Of a stretch of 64,000 bases of DNA, positions 37,381-51,745 are shown in pieces; positions within the stretch are counted from its first letter, which is position 1; each line of letters starts with the position of its first letter. The translations under genes and the position numbers were made by a program. The notes below the pieces were generated by a model, which searched no databases, was not told where the DNA came from, and worked only from the letters and a program-made list of their open reading frames with translations. Origin of the DNA: Octopus bimaculoides (taxonomy: Eukaryota). The DNA lies in the NCBI RefSeq assembly GCF_001194135.2, contig NC_068982.1:1714070-1778069 (forward strand), read 5' to 3'.

Positions 37381-39001
37381 TGAATCATCATGACACAAAA
37401 TTCTTTTCCAATATTCAGATGGCTTCCAGTCCCCCATGTCAGCTATTTTTTTCTCAACTACAACTTTAATCTGCATGCCATCCAATGGAGATGACTGTTC
37501 ACCAATATGTTGACGTTTTCCTGAAAAAAAGTTGAAATAAAACCGTTAACACACACACCCATACACCTCCTATATATAGTTGTTTTTAATTTAATCTGCC
37601 GTATGTCCAAATTTAGCCAAATGCGTTTCTTTTCAATATTTAATTTTGCTGGCAACAGCCGGTTCTTATAGTCAAACTATCGTATCTCAAACTTCTTCAG
37701 ATTCCAAGATATAAAAATTGTCAAAGTGTAGTACAGCGGTTTAGCATTTGTTTTCAAAAGTGTAGTAAGTCCTACATACGACAGTTTTGCAAAAATATTT
37801 TTGACTGAAAATATCACACATAGATGGAGTTAGGATTTTATGCATCTAACAAAGTATTATTGTTAAGCTGAAACTGTTGCTAATGTAAAAAGAAATGAAA
37901 CGGTGAAACTATTTTTTCGTTTTCTGAAAAAGCAACGTTTTGGACTTACGATACTTTTGCATATTAGCAACGAGATGTATATATTTCAATTAAGTGTAAG
38001 ATGGAGATGAGCAGTGTGGAGGAGATAAAAGGCGTAACTGATTTACTAATTTTCCTTTCGATCAATGTTTAGGAAGGAGACGTGAAAAATAAATATTAAT
38101 ATATTTTTCAATCAAATTTACAGAGGCACGTTCGCTTCTTGATAAACTCCAATCTATTTTGTTTACAATATGATGGAATATATATTGCGACACGCAACTC
38201 GTAACAGCTCCCTTTATATCATTAAACCTACTCTGAAAGGCGTGCAACAGAGAAACACTTCATTTTATTGCACAACTCTTATGCATCAAATGAAATATCT
38301 GAAATAATAGCATCGTCCAGGCAGCTTTACAGTTTTCCGCTCTGCTTCCATCATAACGACTCATATTTATATGATTTCCGAAATAAACATTTACTTCATT
38401 TTAAGATGAAAATATAAGCAGATGCAGAAGCACTCGGCTCTGAATGTACGGCGACTTATAACAGAAAGAACTGTCCGCGATCAATGAAGTTGATTGCGTA
38501 ATTCATATTCCCTGGGCATTCAATAATTCATGTTTATATGATTTTGGTCAGAGGATTAAAAGAAATCACTTTAAAATATATCGATGTTGTATTTTGTGCG
38601 TGTTTGTAGTCTATAAACACTTTCGTGCATAAGCAAGTGTCGAACGTTCATCAATGGAATAGCATATGAAAACTTATCCCAGTTGAATTGACTATCTGAA
38701 GAATGATAACGAAAAAGACACATGGCGCAAGTGCAAAAATTTCTTTGCAATTCTTAGGAAATTATATTATTTAAATTTATTCTTTCGTCTGAGAGTGGCG
38801 GAACAATTTCATGTTAAATCAAATCATGGAACAATAATTTCAAGATAAATGGCATGAATTATTTTTAATCTAGTTAATCTACATAATTGTGTATTATTAT
38901 ATATATATTCCTCTAACCTTTCGACATCGGCCTTGTCTGTGATGAATACTACTTTGAGTATGTATGTATGTATGTATGTATAAACACACATACACACACA
39001 A

Positions 39002-39331
<330 letters not shown>

Positions 39332-40249
39332 TTTCTATCACTTTACTTTGAAATTGTATGGATAATACCGTACTAAATTCTGGTGCCTAAACTAAAGTAT
39401 CATATTCACCTGAATCTAAGTTTTGCTGAACTATGTATATATATATATATATATGCACGTATGTATGTGTGTACAATGGAAGGAATGGTAGTGGCAGGCA
39501 GGGAGACATTTAAATGTACATATAGAAAGTATTTATATTAATTGTAGCATTGAGTGTTACAATTTCCTTGGTAATGGCCTCTAAGTTATACGCGTGGGAC
39601 CATAAAATGATACACGTGGATTAATGAAATAAAGTATTCGGATATTTCTGTTACAAGCGATTTTCTCTCTATTGTTTGAAGATTTGAGCAACATCACTGG
39701 ACAAAATGGTTTTAATGGTGTACGAATGTTATTCTATAAATATCGTAAGAGTGTGTTCGGTAAATATTATAATCTGGAAGAATTCTAAACTTTAAAAAAA
39801 AATGATTTCGCAGAAACATTGACATCAGAAACCTTGTGGGAATCGGAATTCCATTTCAGTCTGATCTCGACTATTTTGAGTTCCACCGCCCAAGAAACAT
39901 CTTGTGTGTGTAATTTCGAATGAAGATGGTACTGTTGTTAGCAAAGATTGCATAGGGAAAAAAAACTGAGTTGCTTTTGAATGTAACAGAAGTGTCCACC
40001 CTAATTGATTTCGTGCACAAAATATTAGACGGTTTGTTTGAGAAATTCTGTATCTTTCAGAAAATTGTTGTGTTGACACCCCCAAGCGAAGCAGTAGGAT
40101 CGTCCAAGACATATAAATAGAGGTAGTCTGACCGTTGGGAGAGCTGTTGAGTAGCTGACGTGTAGCGGTTGAGTAGAGATCATCGGAAAGTGCTAGATAG
40201 CAGTAGCTTGAGACATAACAAAAATTCATATAATCCACCTAATATTCGC

Positions 40250-40425
40250 TTCAAATTTGGGCACAAGGTAGCAATTTCTTAAGTCGATTAGATCGATCCA
40301 GTGCTCGAAAAGAGAAAGAAAATAAAGTCGATCTCGACAAAATTTGAACACAGAATGTAGTAACGGTCGAAATGCCGCTAAGCATTTCGCCCGCCGTGCT
40401 AACGATTCTGCCAGCTCACCGCCTT
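40250..40425 (-). mobile_element. SINE family A, internally deleted
   Basis: ttcaaatttgggcacaagg..gtcgattagatcga..aaagtcgatctcg..gccgctaagcatttcgccc..ctgccagctcaccgcctt. Confidence 0.88.
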
Positions 40426-40789
40426 ATTGCGTATTAATATTAAAGTGAAGTTATCGAACTTAAAATTCCAAATTACAACTAGCAAAACTAAACTTGTATC
40501 TATGATTCTTGGCTGTACCCTAAATAAAAATGGAAAAGCTGGTGATATAGCGCTTTGAAAGTTCGATCTCAAGCCACTTCGAATATATATNNNNNNNNNN
40601 NNNNNNNNNNNNNNNNNNNNNNNNNNNNNNNNNNNNNNNNNNNNNNNNNNNNNNNNNNNNNNNNNNNNNNNNNNACAAACGAACATTCGTCAGAATTTCT
40701 GCAATTACCAATAGGTTTCTTCAAGCAATCTTGTTCATATAATAGAATTTTCCATACATGCCTCAAAGAACATCTTTAAAGAACATAAG

Positions 40790-41160
40790 CTCTGGCGTGT
40801 CTGTGTGCAGCGAGGTTTATCTCCCAACAACAGGGTTCCGAGTTCAGTGCACTGGAGCATGTCTTCTACTATAGCCTCGGGCCTCCAAAGACTTGCGAGT
40901 AGATTTGGTAGACAGAAACCGAATGAAACCCGTCGTGTATATATGTGTGTGTGTGTGTGTTCCCCCACTATCTGTTGACAACCGGCGTTTGTGTGTTTAC
41001 ATCCTCATAATCTAGCAGTTCAGCAAACGAGACCGATAAAATGAGTACCAGGTTTTACACAAAGAAAATTAATAAGTACTGTGGTTGTTTTGTTCGACAA
41101 GAATTCGACAAGGCGTTGCCCCAGCATGGCCGTAGACTAATGCCTGAAACAGGTAAAGAA
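40790..41160 (+). mobile_element. Bipartite SINE family B, diverged
   Basis: gttccgagttcagt..gtcttctactatagcctcggg..gatttggtagacagaaac..gaccgataaaatgagtacc..ccagcatggccgtag. Confidence 0.85.
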
Positions 41161-41449
41161 AAATATTCCAATAAAAATTATAGAAATATTGAATGGTGAA
41201 GACAATAATCCTGATTCACTGAAATACATTCTAAGTTCGATTTTATTCTTCTTGGAATATTAAATAATTTAAAACTTGTTTCGATTTTTGTACAATATAG
41301 TTTATTCTCAATATGTGCAACCTTGGTATGTTTCTGTAATGTTGTGTGTGTGTATTATGTGCTTAGCGTATTATAATCATTAAGACTTCGTTTCTCAGAG
41401 GGTATTGATATTCAAATGCGCTAGTACACACACACACACATACATACAT

Positions 41450-41595
<146 letters not shown>

Positions 41596-41943
41596 GCAGA
41601 CATGCGTATGTGTTTGTGTACAATATGTGTGTTTATATATTGTATGTGTGCATGTACCTGTGAATGTGTGTGTTTATCTGCTAATGTAAAAAGATAACAT
41701 TAAATGTGATGAATAATGAGAGACTGCCAGATAGGCCACAGATCATAAATGTCAGCTGCTTATAATCCAATGTCATATCTGAAATGGTAAAAGGCACTCG
41801 CTTCCTTCGATCGGATTTGTGATAACATTCGTGGTAAATACATACCACGAATTCCAATCCCCTTGCATTGATATGCAAATGTTTGTTGTGACAATAGAGA
41901 ATATTCTCGAATATTCTCCTATGCCTCTGTCTGTCTTCCTATC

Positions 41944-41974
<31 letters not shown>

Positions 41975-44900
41975 TTCTCTGATACATACATACGTCTTCT
42001 ATCTTATACACTTATAGAACCATTTTGTTCCATTTCTTCCAGAAACACAGTCTGTGTGTATTGTGAGGAAATGGAAACTGAACGTAAGATGTACATAAAT
42101 GTTTTATCACCGGACGCAAAAGGGAAGAACTTTCAAGTTTAGATATTAATTTCTTTAGGGTTTGCGATTTTCGTTCAGTGACGGAAGATGACATAGTCGT
42201 TAGCTCCAAAGTATTAGATTTTTCCTTAAGGTCTTTATATGCACTCACACAAACACATTTTACACCAATTTTAGCTCGGTACCTTGTACACAAACCCCAT
42301 TCAATACTCCTAAACTTTCTCAGATGTAATAATTAAAAATTTGATTGGAAAGTAGAGGATTTATGATACGCATGCGCTCATATGTTTCTGCAAGTCTGCC
42401 TTAAAACGGACCTTACCGTTATTATAAAAAGATAAGAACATATTCTTAAATATTAAATATAACGTATCCAACGATTTCTGTTTTTGCCTGAAAAACGATT
42501 AAAATGGAAGTATCAAAATAAAGTATCGTCTGACATTAATTACAATATGAAGTTGAATATAACATTATTATTCGCTGATAATCCTTAACAAAATAATTAA
42601 AATTGATTGTTGCATATATGAACCACTACTAAATAAGAATATAATCAGACATATATGAAGCCATTGTAATGAACTTGTATTATGATGTATGTGCCCCCAC
42701 CCCAAAAACTAATATCTGAGAAACATTTTACTAAATCTCACACGTATTTTGTACGTAGAGTATATTAAGAAAACTTTTCCTCTAACTTGTATCTGTCAAA
42801 ATAAGAAATCGTAATAATTTGCAAGCGTGTTTTAAGTAATGTTCATAACACCATGGGAAAGCAAGTAACTTCTAACAATGGAATGGTAGCATAAATGATA
42901 GCTGATTAAATGATATCAGTAATTAATTAATTAATCAAGTTTATTCGACTGTATTTAAATTTCCATTCGTAGATACCTTACAATTGACTTAGTTTATTTC
43001 ACTTCAGACTATAATTAAATACATTTTGTAATGCACGTTGCAAAAATGCGTCTTAGAATAGTTGCACAGAGATACACTGAAGTTTCTGGTAATATGAAAT
43101 AATATATCCTAGACATACGAAATATATATACACATTACATAGCATTCACATGATCCATTGACTATTTCCTAATACGGCAATGGAGATATCTTCGAGACAT
43201 CAAGAAAAGAACATTTCAGTAGTTTGAAAAATTTTGTCATAAACATAATGAATTGCATTTACTTTAAACATCATTAATTTCTAAGGTCTTGCTGTAAATT
43301 TCACAAGATACTTACACAAACATTTCAGCCAAAACTTACAATTAATAAATTTGAATGCATTCATTTCATCAGAAAACGGCTTATTACAACTTAACATCAT
43401 GTGCAGAAGGATATCTGTATCGTGTAATAAGTATTGTTTTGAGAAAGGAAACTTCAATTAAAGACAGCAACAGAAACTGGGGATGAGAGATGGGATTACC
43501 TATAACCTGTTACAACCAAAATCTGACGCGTCCAGGATATATTATGTTTTACAAAGTCTTTTCGTGACGGGTGACTTCCAGCATTGCCAAACGTATGAAC
43601 GGATAAAGAAAATAAAAAGAAACTTTTGCAATTCATAAACTAACGACATCATCTAAGGCCAATTCTGCATGCAATACAACGATACTTACCCACACAATCT
43701 CGTATACAATGCTAAGACAATTTTTTTTTAAGCTAAAGCAATTTGCGAACCATACATATGTAGGACAAAAGGAAAATTTAAACAACAATATTTTAATCAT
43801 CCTTTATCTTTCAGGCACATTGCAAATAGAACTGTAATGACATTAATTAAATCTAGCAATTTAAAGAAACTGCGACTGATTTCAACATCGAGCAGGTGAT
43901 TACTGAAAAACCGAAACCTTACAAATCCGATTCTTTGAAAATCTTGACAATTCTGTTAATTTGCTGTACACAAAATCTGAGATTTCACAATTTGTTTAGC
44001 AATTTAACAAACATTGACTGACATACTACAAGTCGCTATCTTCCCGAAACTAAAGATATTCTCAAATTTTGCACAAACCTGCGCAGACATTACTCTTTAT
44101 ATCTAGAGAAGTCTGAGAGCTTCAAATATTTAGGTTTATGAAATAATGCATATGAGTACGGCATATAAAAATACGTAAGTACGTATGCACTTTTCTACAC
44201 CTAATATATTAAGAACTGACCTCAAATGTCATGGACCTCGATGGTGCTCGATATATATATATATATATATANNNNNNNNNNNNNNNNNNNNNNNNNNNNN
44301 NNNNNNNNNNNNNNNNNNNNNNNNNNNNNNNNNNNNNNNNNNNNNNNNNNNNNNNNNNNNNNNNNNNNNNNNNNNNNNNNNNNNNNNNNNNNNNNNNNNN
44401 NNNNNNNNNNNNNNNNNNNNNNNNNNNNNNNNNNNNNNNNNNNNNNNNNNNNNNNNNNNNNNNNNNNNNNNNNNNNNNNNNNNNNNNNNNNNNNNNNNNN
44501 NNNNNNNNNNNNNNNNNNNNNNNNNNNNNNNNNNNNNNNNNNNNNNNNNNNNNNNNNNNNNNNNNNNNNNNNNNNNNNNNNNNNNNNNNNNNNNNNNNNN
44601 NNNNNNNNNNNNNNNNNNNNNNNNNNNNNNNNNNNNNNNNNNNNNNNNNNNNNNNNNNNNNNNNNNNNNNNNNNNNNNNNNNNNNNNNNNNNNNNNNNNN
44701 NNNNNNNNNNNNNNNNNNNNNNNNNNNNNNNNNNNNNNNNNNNNNNNNNNNNNNNNNNNNNNNNNNNNNNNNNNNNNNNNNNNNNNNNNNNNNNNNNNNN
44801 NNNNNNNNNNNNNNNNNNNNNNNNNNNNNNNNNNNNNNNNNNNNNNNNNNNNNNNNNNNNNNNNNNNNNNNNNNNNNNNNNNNNNNNNNNNNNNNNNNNN

Positions 44901-45011
44901 NNNNNNNNNNNNNNNNNNNNNNNNNNNNNNNNNNNNNNNNNNNNNNNNNNNNNNNNNNNNNNNNNNNNNNNNNNNNNNNNNNNNNNNNNNNNNNNNNNNN
45001 NNNNNNNNNNN

Positions 45012-45055
<44 letters not shown>

Positions 45056-45385
45056 GACGGGCTTCTTTCAGTTTCGATCTACCAAATCTACTTACAAGGT
45101 TTTGGCCTGCCTGGGGACAGATCAATGTGGTTAGGAAGTAATGTCGTGTGTTTGTGTTTGTTCCTTTGTGGTTCTGATTGATCCTCACCATCGCTTGTCA
45201 ACTGGTGTTGGTGTGTTTATTTCTACGCAACTTAGCGATTTGGCAAAAAGAGACTTATACAATAAGTAACATAGTTTGAAAGAAGTACTGGGGTCCACTC
45301 AGTAGACTCAAAATTCTTCGTGAGAGTGGCCCAGTTGGCCACAGTCGAGCAACTGAAACATGTGAGAGTTAAAAGGTGAAAGATA
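45012..45385. mobile_element. SINE family B with inverted 5' half (45012-45142 minus) joined to a plus-strand 3' half (45143-45385)
   Basis: gacgggcttctttcagtttc..ctaccaaatc and caatgtggttaggaag are reverse-strand 5'-half pieces; ccatcgcttgtcaac..cttagcgatttggcaaaagagac..ctgaaacatgtg is the forward 3' half. Confidence 0.75.
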
Positions 45386-47734
45386 TCTCGAGACATTTGA
45401 CAAAATCGAAGAAGTTCAGTAAACTGAGAAATTAAAGATATTCTAACCATGCAAGCAAGTGTTTAAGTAAGGCACCTCCTAATTATATGCTTCATTTTAC
45501 TCCAAAATCAAATTATAAATATTACAATACGCAACATCCACAAATAGATTTGTCTCGGCGATTAGCTGTCATTTTTCTAACTTCTTGAATGACTCTCATT
45601 ATGCATATATATTCTAGTATTTCCTTGTAAATTCGCATAACAATCCGAAATGACGAAGTGACTATTATCTTCATATAACATTTTTTATGTTTTCCAACTG
45701 TAATATGATTGCTTGTTAGAAGAACTGTAGAAACTTCAATGGCATTTCGTCCTGATTCTTCAAAATGGTTAATCCAACGCGTCCATGCCCTTAAACTTAT
45801 GTAATTATAGTGACGCATCTGTTCGACACTACAAGCTTGCAATGCAAGAGGGGTATTGCCATCACTTCAGTACTACAATGAAAAGAATGGCAGTTTTCTA
45901 TGGAAAATCATATTAAATTCAGAATTGAAATAATAAAATTCCATTTTACACACAAGCATAAGTAATTGTTGAAAGCTGGTTATAGGACGATATGAAAAAT
46001 TCAAACATACAATGTTTACTGCATGTATGAAGGCATGTGTGTGTGTGTTTGTGCTTGTGTGTGGCTGCTGATGATGTGGGCAAAAAAAAATATTTTCCCC
46101 AAGTAAGCTTTCAAAATTAAATACAAAATTATTCATAAGCAAAATATAAAATCTAAGCAATATTCCAAATTTCTTTAGTTTAAAGAAAAAAAGTTATTCA
46201 CGATGATGATGATAGTGGAAGTGGTGGTCGCGGCAGTGGCAGTGGTAGTAATGTGATGGTGCTGCCGGTAGCGGTGGGTGTGGTAATGTTGATGATAATC
46301 ACCATCGTAATGGTGGCGATATGTTTTAGAGAATTATATTATATCGAAAGCGTTAATAACTGTCCATATAGATTTATTCTCTTAGAACAAATAAGCCATA
46401 AATATATTGGAGAATTAAAGAAATATAAAATAAACGTTGCCTTAAATAAATAAATGCATCCATAAATTCCCCAAAAAAAGTAAACATCGTTTCTAAGGTT
46501 TCCATAGATATATTTGTTTTGCATTCTCATTCATATGAAGATTTTTTTTTTAATGTCAAGAAATCAAACAAAATAGTGTTAAGAAAAATTTAATATTGAA
46601 AAATTGATGACGAATTGCAAACTAAAATAAAAAGTATAGAAAGATAGATATGTATGCAGAAAATCAATAACTATTCACAGAACTAACATCCTTGTTCATC
46701 AACTCTTTTACTTTTTTTTTACGCAAAGTGTTCATCTGTAACAGAATGACTTTTGTATAACATAGTATTCCCTGTCTATTGAACATTTCCTCCGTTATTT
46801 GCTTACCTTTATTAACCTCACACCTCACACTCTTCACTGTATCCTCATTTCTTACCGTGTCTTGCTTTACTTAGTATTTTTTCCGTCTCATAATTTTATT
46901 CCCTTCCACACCTCCATTTTTTTTAAAGAACTACTTATCGGGTGGAAACGTACTGTACCTCAGCCAGAGGCATTACAATATGACAGCATTCAATAAAGCC
47001 GAGTTTAGTTTCTTTTCTTCTCTAAGAAATTGTGTATCTTCTATTTGAGTATCACTTGACGTCACGTTCTGTGGCAAATAATGAGTTGTACATCCTTACA
47101 AACATTCTTGTTCCTTCCACTAGGAATAATAGAAAAGCATGTTTTTTTTCTTCCTCTTCCTTGGATAGTGGATGATGTCATGTTTACGATTAATGGGATT
47201 GGAGTCAGCCATATTACATCGCACAAGACGGTTTCATCATCTCCACCTGTGTAGAGATATTTAGGCAATACTTTTCTTCTATGAGTTTATTATACTGTCA
47301 CCTGGTAATATTCTATTAATATGACTATTGCAGCTTCATTTGTCAGTTGGCAAATGTAAATTAGATAAGGTGAGAGCTAAATTTAATTTCAACTGCCATC
47401 TAACTTTTTTTATAGATTAAAAAAGGTAGTAAATATAAAATATTCAGTGAATTGCTTATACACTTGTGAAATGGAAATGATAAAAACCAAGTGGATTCTT
47501 CTATAATTCATCGAGGGAAAAGAAACACAAGCCAAACAGTTTAGTAGCCAACAGCATGACCTAACACGGCCTGCTTATGTGCCGGCTGAGATAGTCTTCT
47601 ACTAGTTGAGATAGCTAAACCAGGATCTGAAACAGTAATCGAAATAGCATATTTACTACTTGATTTGTAATTAATTATATGGAGGCCTATAAGTTCGCAG
47701 GTCTATGTGTCTATTGTCAATGTATCATAACGTT

Positions 47735-47940
47735 AAGGCGGTGAGCTGGCAGAATCATTAGCACGTCAGACGAAATGCTTAGTGGCAGTTCGTCCATTTT
47801 TATATTGTGGGTTCAAATTCCGCCAAAGTCTACTTTGCTTTTCCTTCTATCGGGGGTCGATAAAATAAGTACTAGTCGAATACTGGAGTTGGTATAATCG
47901 ACCGAACTTGCTGGCCTTGTGCCAAAATTTGAAACCAATG
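47735..47940 (+). mobile_element. SINE family A followed by (CAT)n
   Basis: aaggcggtgagctggcagaatcattagcacg..ttcaaattccgcc..ggggtcgataaaataagtac..ccttgtgccaaaatttgaaacc. Confidence 0.92.
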
Positions 47941-48519
47941 TATCATATCATCATCGTCATCATCATCATCATCATCATCATCATTATTGTTATTTAGTAA
48001 CATATTTTTAACGTAATTTTAATGTGCTGCCGAGTACAGCTCATCCTTGTATTTGATTTCGCTTTTGTATCTTCTATTATATTGTGTGTAGCTTACGTAA
48101 TATTTAAGATATATACAGAAGTGATATTTCCAGTATGCATTATATATTTAAAAATCCTACGATTTCGTTCTGTATGTTGTTATGACTGTCTGTTTAAATT
48201 CGCGAAGTCCTGATAATCTGTGCTTTTTGATATTTTTGATTTCGGATAATTTGTCCATTTCCTTGAGTGATACTTGTTGCCTGAGTAGAGACAATACGAT
48301 TGAAATTACTGGTTGACCTTAAAAACAATCATACGGCGACTAATTTTGTGAGTTCCTGTAAGTGTGGAGTGGCATATCCCGGAGTAGTGTATCCGTTTTA
48401 GTTCATACTTAATTATGCTAGCATATGTATAAATGTTTCAACTGAGTAATGTCGCTAGATATATCTTTTTCATCGTTAAGAATAATCTGGCTATTTCTCC
48501 CTAACTACAATTTATTCGA

Positions 48520-48960
48520 TGACAACTCAGCGCAATTTGTGTTTTGTGCTTCTTAGCCCTGATGATTTTTATAATCTATTTTCATCTCCTTCCGTTTTGG
48601 GTTTTAGACATTTAACATTTCTTTTCTTTCGTTTTTTGTGCATCAAATTTTAGTTTGGATTTTAGCTTTTACTAAAGTTCGGTTCTCTCTCATTTCTCCT
48701 TGCAAATGTTACTAATTGCAACCTGTTTGTATTTGCTACTTCCTTTAAAGACAGAGAAGAGTTGTTTTTATTCGTGTTTGTCGCTGTTTCTCTTAACTTC
48801 TCATCGTATTTTACGAGTCGATTTTGTACTGCAAGAGATTAGATGGTGTTCAATAATTTTCAAGTTGCATAACTCCCCTTCCTCTTTCTATTCTTCGTAA
48901 ATATAATCGTATTATTCCATTTTTTAAACTCGTTTTCTTCTATTTCCCTTAAGGAAGATT
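48520..48960 (-). pseudogene. Possible non-LTR retrotransposon post-RT relic (R4/Dong- or RTE-like)
   Basis: IIRLYLRRIERGRGVMQLE resembles the common ..DRLYLPRKEGGRGL.. motif; the rest is purine-rich and broken. Confidence 0.3.
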
Positions 48961-49061
48961 TTACTCATTTAAGAATATTATTACATAATTACAAAGACGG
49001 TCATTTAGCTCTGCTTTAAGTCATCATCATATGCATACAAAATATTTATCACTATATCTAG

Positions 49062-49561
49062 TTAATTCATTTCTAAATACACTGAACGCCTTCTTCCGGT
49101 CAAGAGAGCAGCCTGTTTCTCCATGTCTGGAGGCTCTAGCAAAAGTGCTTTATTAGACATACATTTGAAAAAGGTATGTTTTGTGTGTGTGTGTGCATGT
49201 GTGCCTGGGCACATGTGTGTATGTGAATTAGGGTACATGTGTGTATGCATAACTTTCTAACAATGATACTTTGAGGGGAACGTTAAAATCCTATTAACGT
49301 ATTGCAACACCATCACCACCACAATATCGAATACCATGTATATCGTCGTGGTCGCTACCTTACAAAAGTGATATAAGGGCTACATAAAAAATTGTATTAA
49401 CAATGTCATGTTCCATGTCTATGTTGTTCATTTTGATTTTAGGTCAGAATACATTTTACAACATTTATTTATTTCTTACTTTGTTTCGATAAAATATTTT
49501 CGAAGCATATGCAACGTAGAATCCGAGCTATTTTGGAATTTCTTCTTGTGCTATTGCCCAT
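49062..49561 (-). CDS. Candidate two-exon 51-aa microprotein (49480-49561 and 49062-49135)
   Basis: MGNSTRRNSKIARILRCICFENILSKQ|gtaaga .. ttttgctag|K-PPDMEKQAALLTGRRRSVYLEMN*; 344-nt GT-AG intron, phases match. Conflicts with a plus-strand exon candidate at the same place. Confidence 0.2.
49123..49173 (+). CDS. Candidate exon MSGGSSKSALLDIHLKK with strong donor
   Basis: AAG|gtatgt; phase 0, compatible with the candidate exon 60872-60933. Confidence 0.22.
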
Positions 49562-50845
49562 TTTTTGCCCGTATTACAATAAAAAGATATATTTATCATT
49601 ATGGTTCTTGTTCTTGAAATTGCTGTTATTTTTTGTCATTGAAGGTGTCATTGTCATCACAATGTTTCGAAGCACCGAGGCAGACCGTATACTGTTAACA
49701 ATGTATTTAGGAATAAAAAATGTAGGAAGCATTAACGGTCAATAATACTTTAAATACTTGGCATTCATGTTCTAAAAGTAGTCTTGCGTCTTGTTTATAT
49801 TCTATTGTTTCTTTCTCTCCAGTGGGTTTGTTAAAATATATTATGTGTAGTCGTGCATTTATCTGTCATCAGTTTGAAGATATTCTTTTTTTCCTTAATT
49901 CATAGAATGTGCACGTCTGTGAAAAGGCAAATATAGAATTCACAAGATTCAATGTGTGACCGTTAAGAATACATCTTGTAATACTTTTAACGAGAGCAAT
50001 ATATATATANNNNNNNNNNNNNNNNNNNNNNNNNNNNNNNNNNNNNNNNNNNNNNNNNNNNNNNNNNNNNNNNNNNNNNNNNNNNNNNNNNNNNNNNNNN
50101 NNNNNNNNNNNNNNNNNNNNNNNNNNNNNNNNNNNNNNNNNNNNNNNNNNNNNNNNNNNNNNNNNNNNNNNNNNNNNNNNNNNNNNNNNNNNNNNNNNNN
50201 NNNNNNNNNNNNNNNNNNNNNNNNNNNNNNNNNNNNNNNNNNNNNNNNNNNNNNNNNNNNNNNNNNNNNNNNNNNNNNNNNNNNNNNNNNNNNNNNNNNN
50301 NNNNNNNNNNNNNNNNNNNNNNNNNNNNNNNNNNNNNNNNNNNNNNNNNNNNNNNNNNNNNNNNNNNNNNNNNNNNNNNNNNNNNNNNNNNNNNNNNNNN
50401 NNNNNNNNNNNNNNNNNNNNNNNNNNNNNNNNNNNNNNNNNNNNNNNNNNNNNNNNNNNNNNNNNNNNNNNNNNNNNNNNNNNNNNNNNNNNNNNNNNNN
50501 NNNNNNNNNNNNNNNNNNNNNNNNNNNNNNNNNNNNNNNNNNNNNNNNNNNNNNNNNNNNNNNNNNNNNNNNNNNNNNNNNNNNNNNNNNNNNNNNNNNN
50601 NNNNNNNNNNNNNNNNNNNNNTATATATTTACACACACACTACCATGCCACTTTAAAGTGTTGTAATTTTCTTAGGCCATTTTAAGCTATTATAAATTTC
50701 AACTAATTGCCAACTTATAAGTGAATGTTTCTCATTGCATTCTTTACAGATGAAACATTGACTCTGCTGGAGTCATTCCCATACCTAATTATTATATTTT
50801 GTAGTAGGGGTTCTCAATGAGATGAGAAGCGTGGAGGCCACTAAA

Positions 50846-51745
50846 AATGGCCGTGCAAAAGCTTTCGGCCATCTCACATAAACCAATCAATATTCAGTGA
50901 TTTACAAACAGAAAAATGTCTATAATAAAAATTTATTACATAATGTTGCATAATTTATTACATAATGTTACATAATTTATTATATAATGTGACATAATGT
51001 TTCAAGAAGTTACTGTACATTGTTAATATTTTGTGTGGTTTCCCTTGAATAATGGCTTCAATGTGCCAACTCTTCAAGATTACGTGGATTTCAAGTTACT
51101 ATCAATTTTAACCAACTTTCTTGAAACATCACTTTTTATGTATCCCCAAAGCATCAGACTGTTTTCGTCGAGTAACGTGGGTCGTTTCGCTTTCTAAAAT
51201 GCGAGAATTTGTCAGAAGGCCTGCAAGAAAGCGAAACGACCCACTTTATACGACGAAAACAGTGAAGTTTGATGGTAAGAGTCTCAAGCTTTGGGATACA
51301 TAAAAAGTGATGGTTCAAGAAAGTTGGTTACAATTGACGGTCACTTGTATAGTACCAAATACGTCCAGTTGCTGAATTTGATACCAGACTTTGATGAAGG
51401 TGAGATTTTTCAGCATGACGGATCTTCATGTCACAGAGTTTGGCTGATGAAGGTGTTACCGTATTGGTAACACCTTCAGATTGGCCAGGTCAGAACCCCG
51501 ACTTAAATATCATCGAGGAAATGTGAACAGAACTAAAGAGAAGGGTTCGTCAGAAGAATCCACACAATCTGGAAGAGATGTGGCAACTTGGCCACAACGA
51601 ATGTCATCTCATACCTATGAAGATGGTGAAGGATTATATGCATCTCTTCCCAGGTGCATTGAAGCAATTATTCAAGGTAAGGAACGCCACATGAATGAAC
51701 ATTATACAATAAATTTTCATTATAGACATATTTTCTGCTTATTTC
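50846..51745 (+). mobile_element. Tc1-family (DD34E) transposon relic with long TIR remnants
   Basis: TKTVKFDGKSLKLW-GYIKSDG..IFQHDGSSCH..WPGQNPDLNIIEEM..SLPRCIEAIIQGK. 50906-50946 is the reverse complement of 51699-51742; left end tggccgtgcaaaag; 21-bp tandem at ~50930-51000. Confidence 0.88.

Noticed and set aside
39825-40238. 137-aa minus ORF and the nearby plus-strand frames
   Set aside because: No recognisable motif and no consistent splice structure.
46790-47270. Purine-skewed minus-strand block as an ORF1 or LINE piece
   Set aside because: No intact CCHC or other diagnostic motif; cannot be supported.
49123-49173. Resemblance of ALLDIHLKK to the VPS26C/DSCR3 N-terminus
   Set aside because: Only about 9 residues, and no following ANKVY/SGVVV-type exon was found in the window; no symbol assigned.
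51444-51480. CTGATGA plus stem as a hammerhead
   Set aside because: No GAAA after the stem; CTGATGA is transposase coding sequence.
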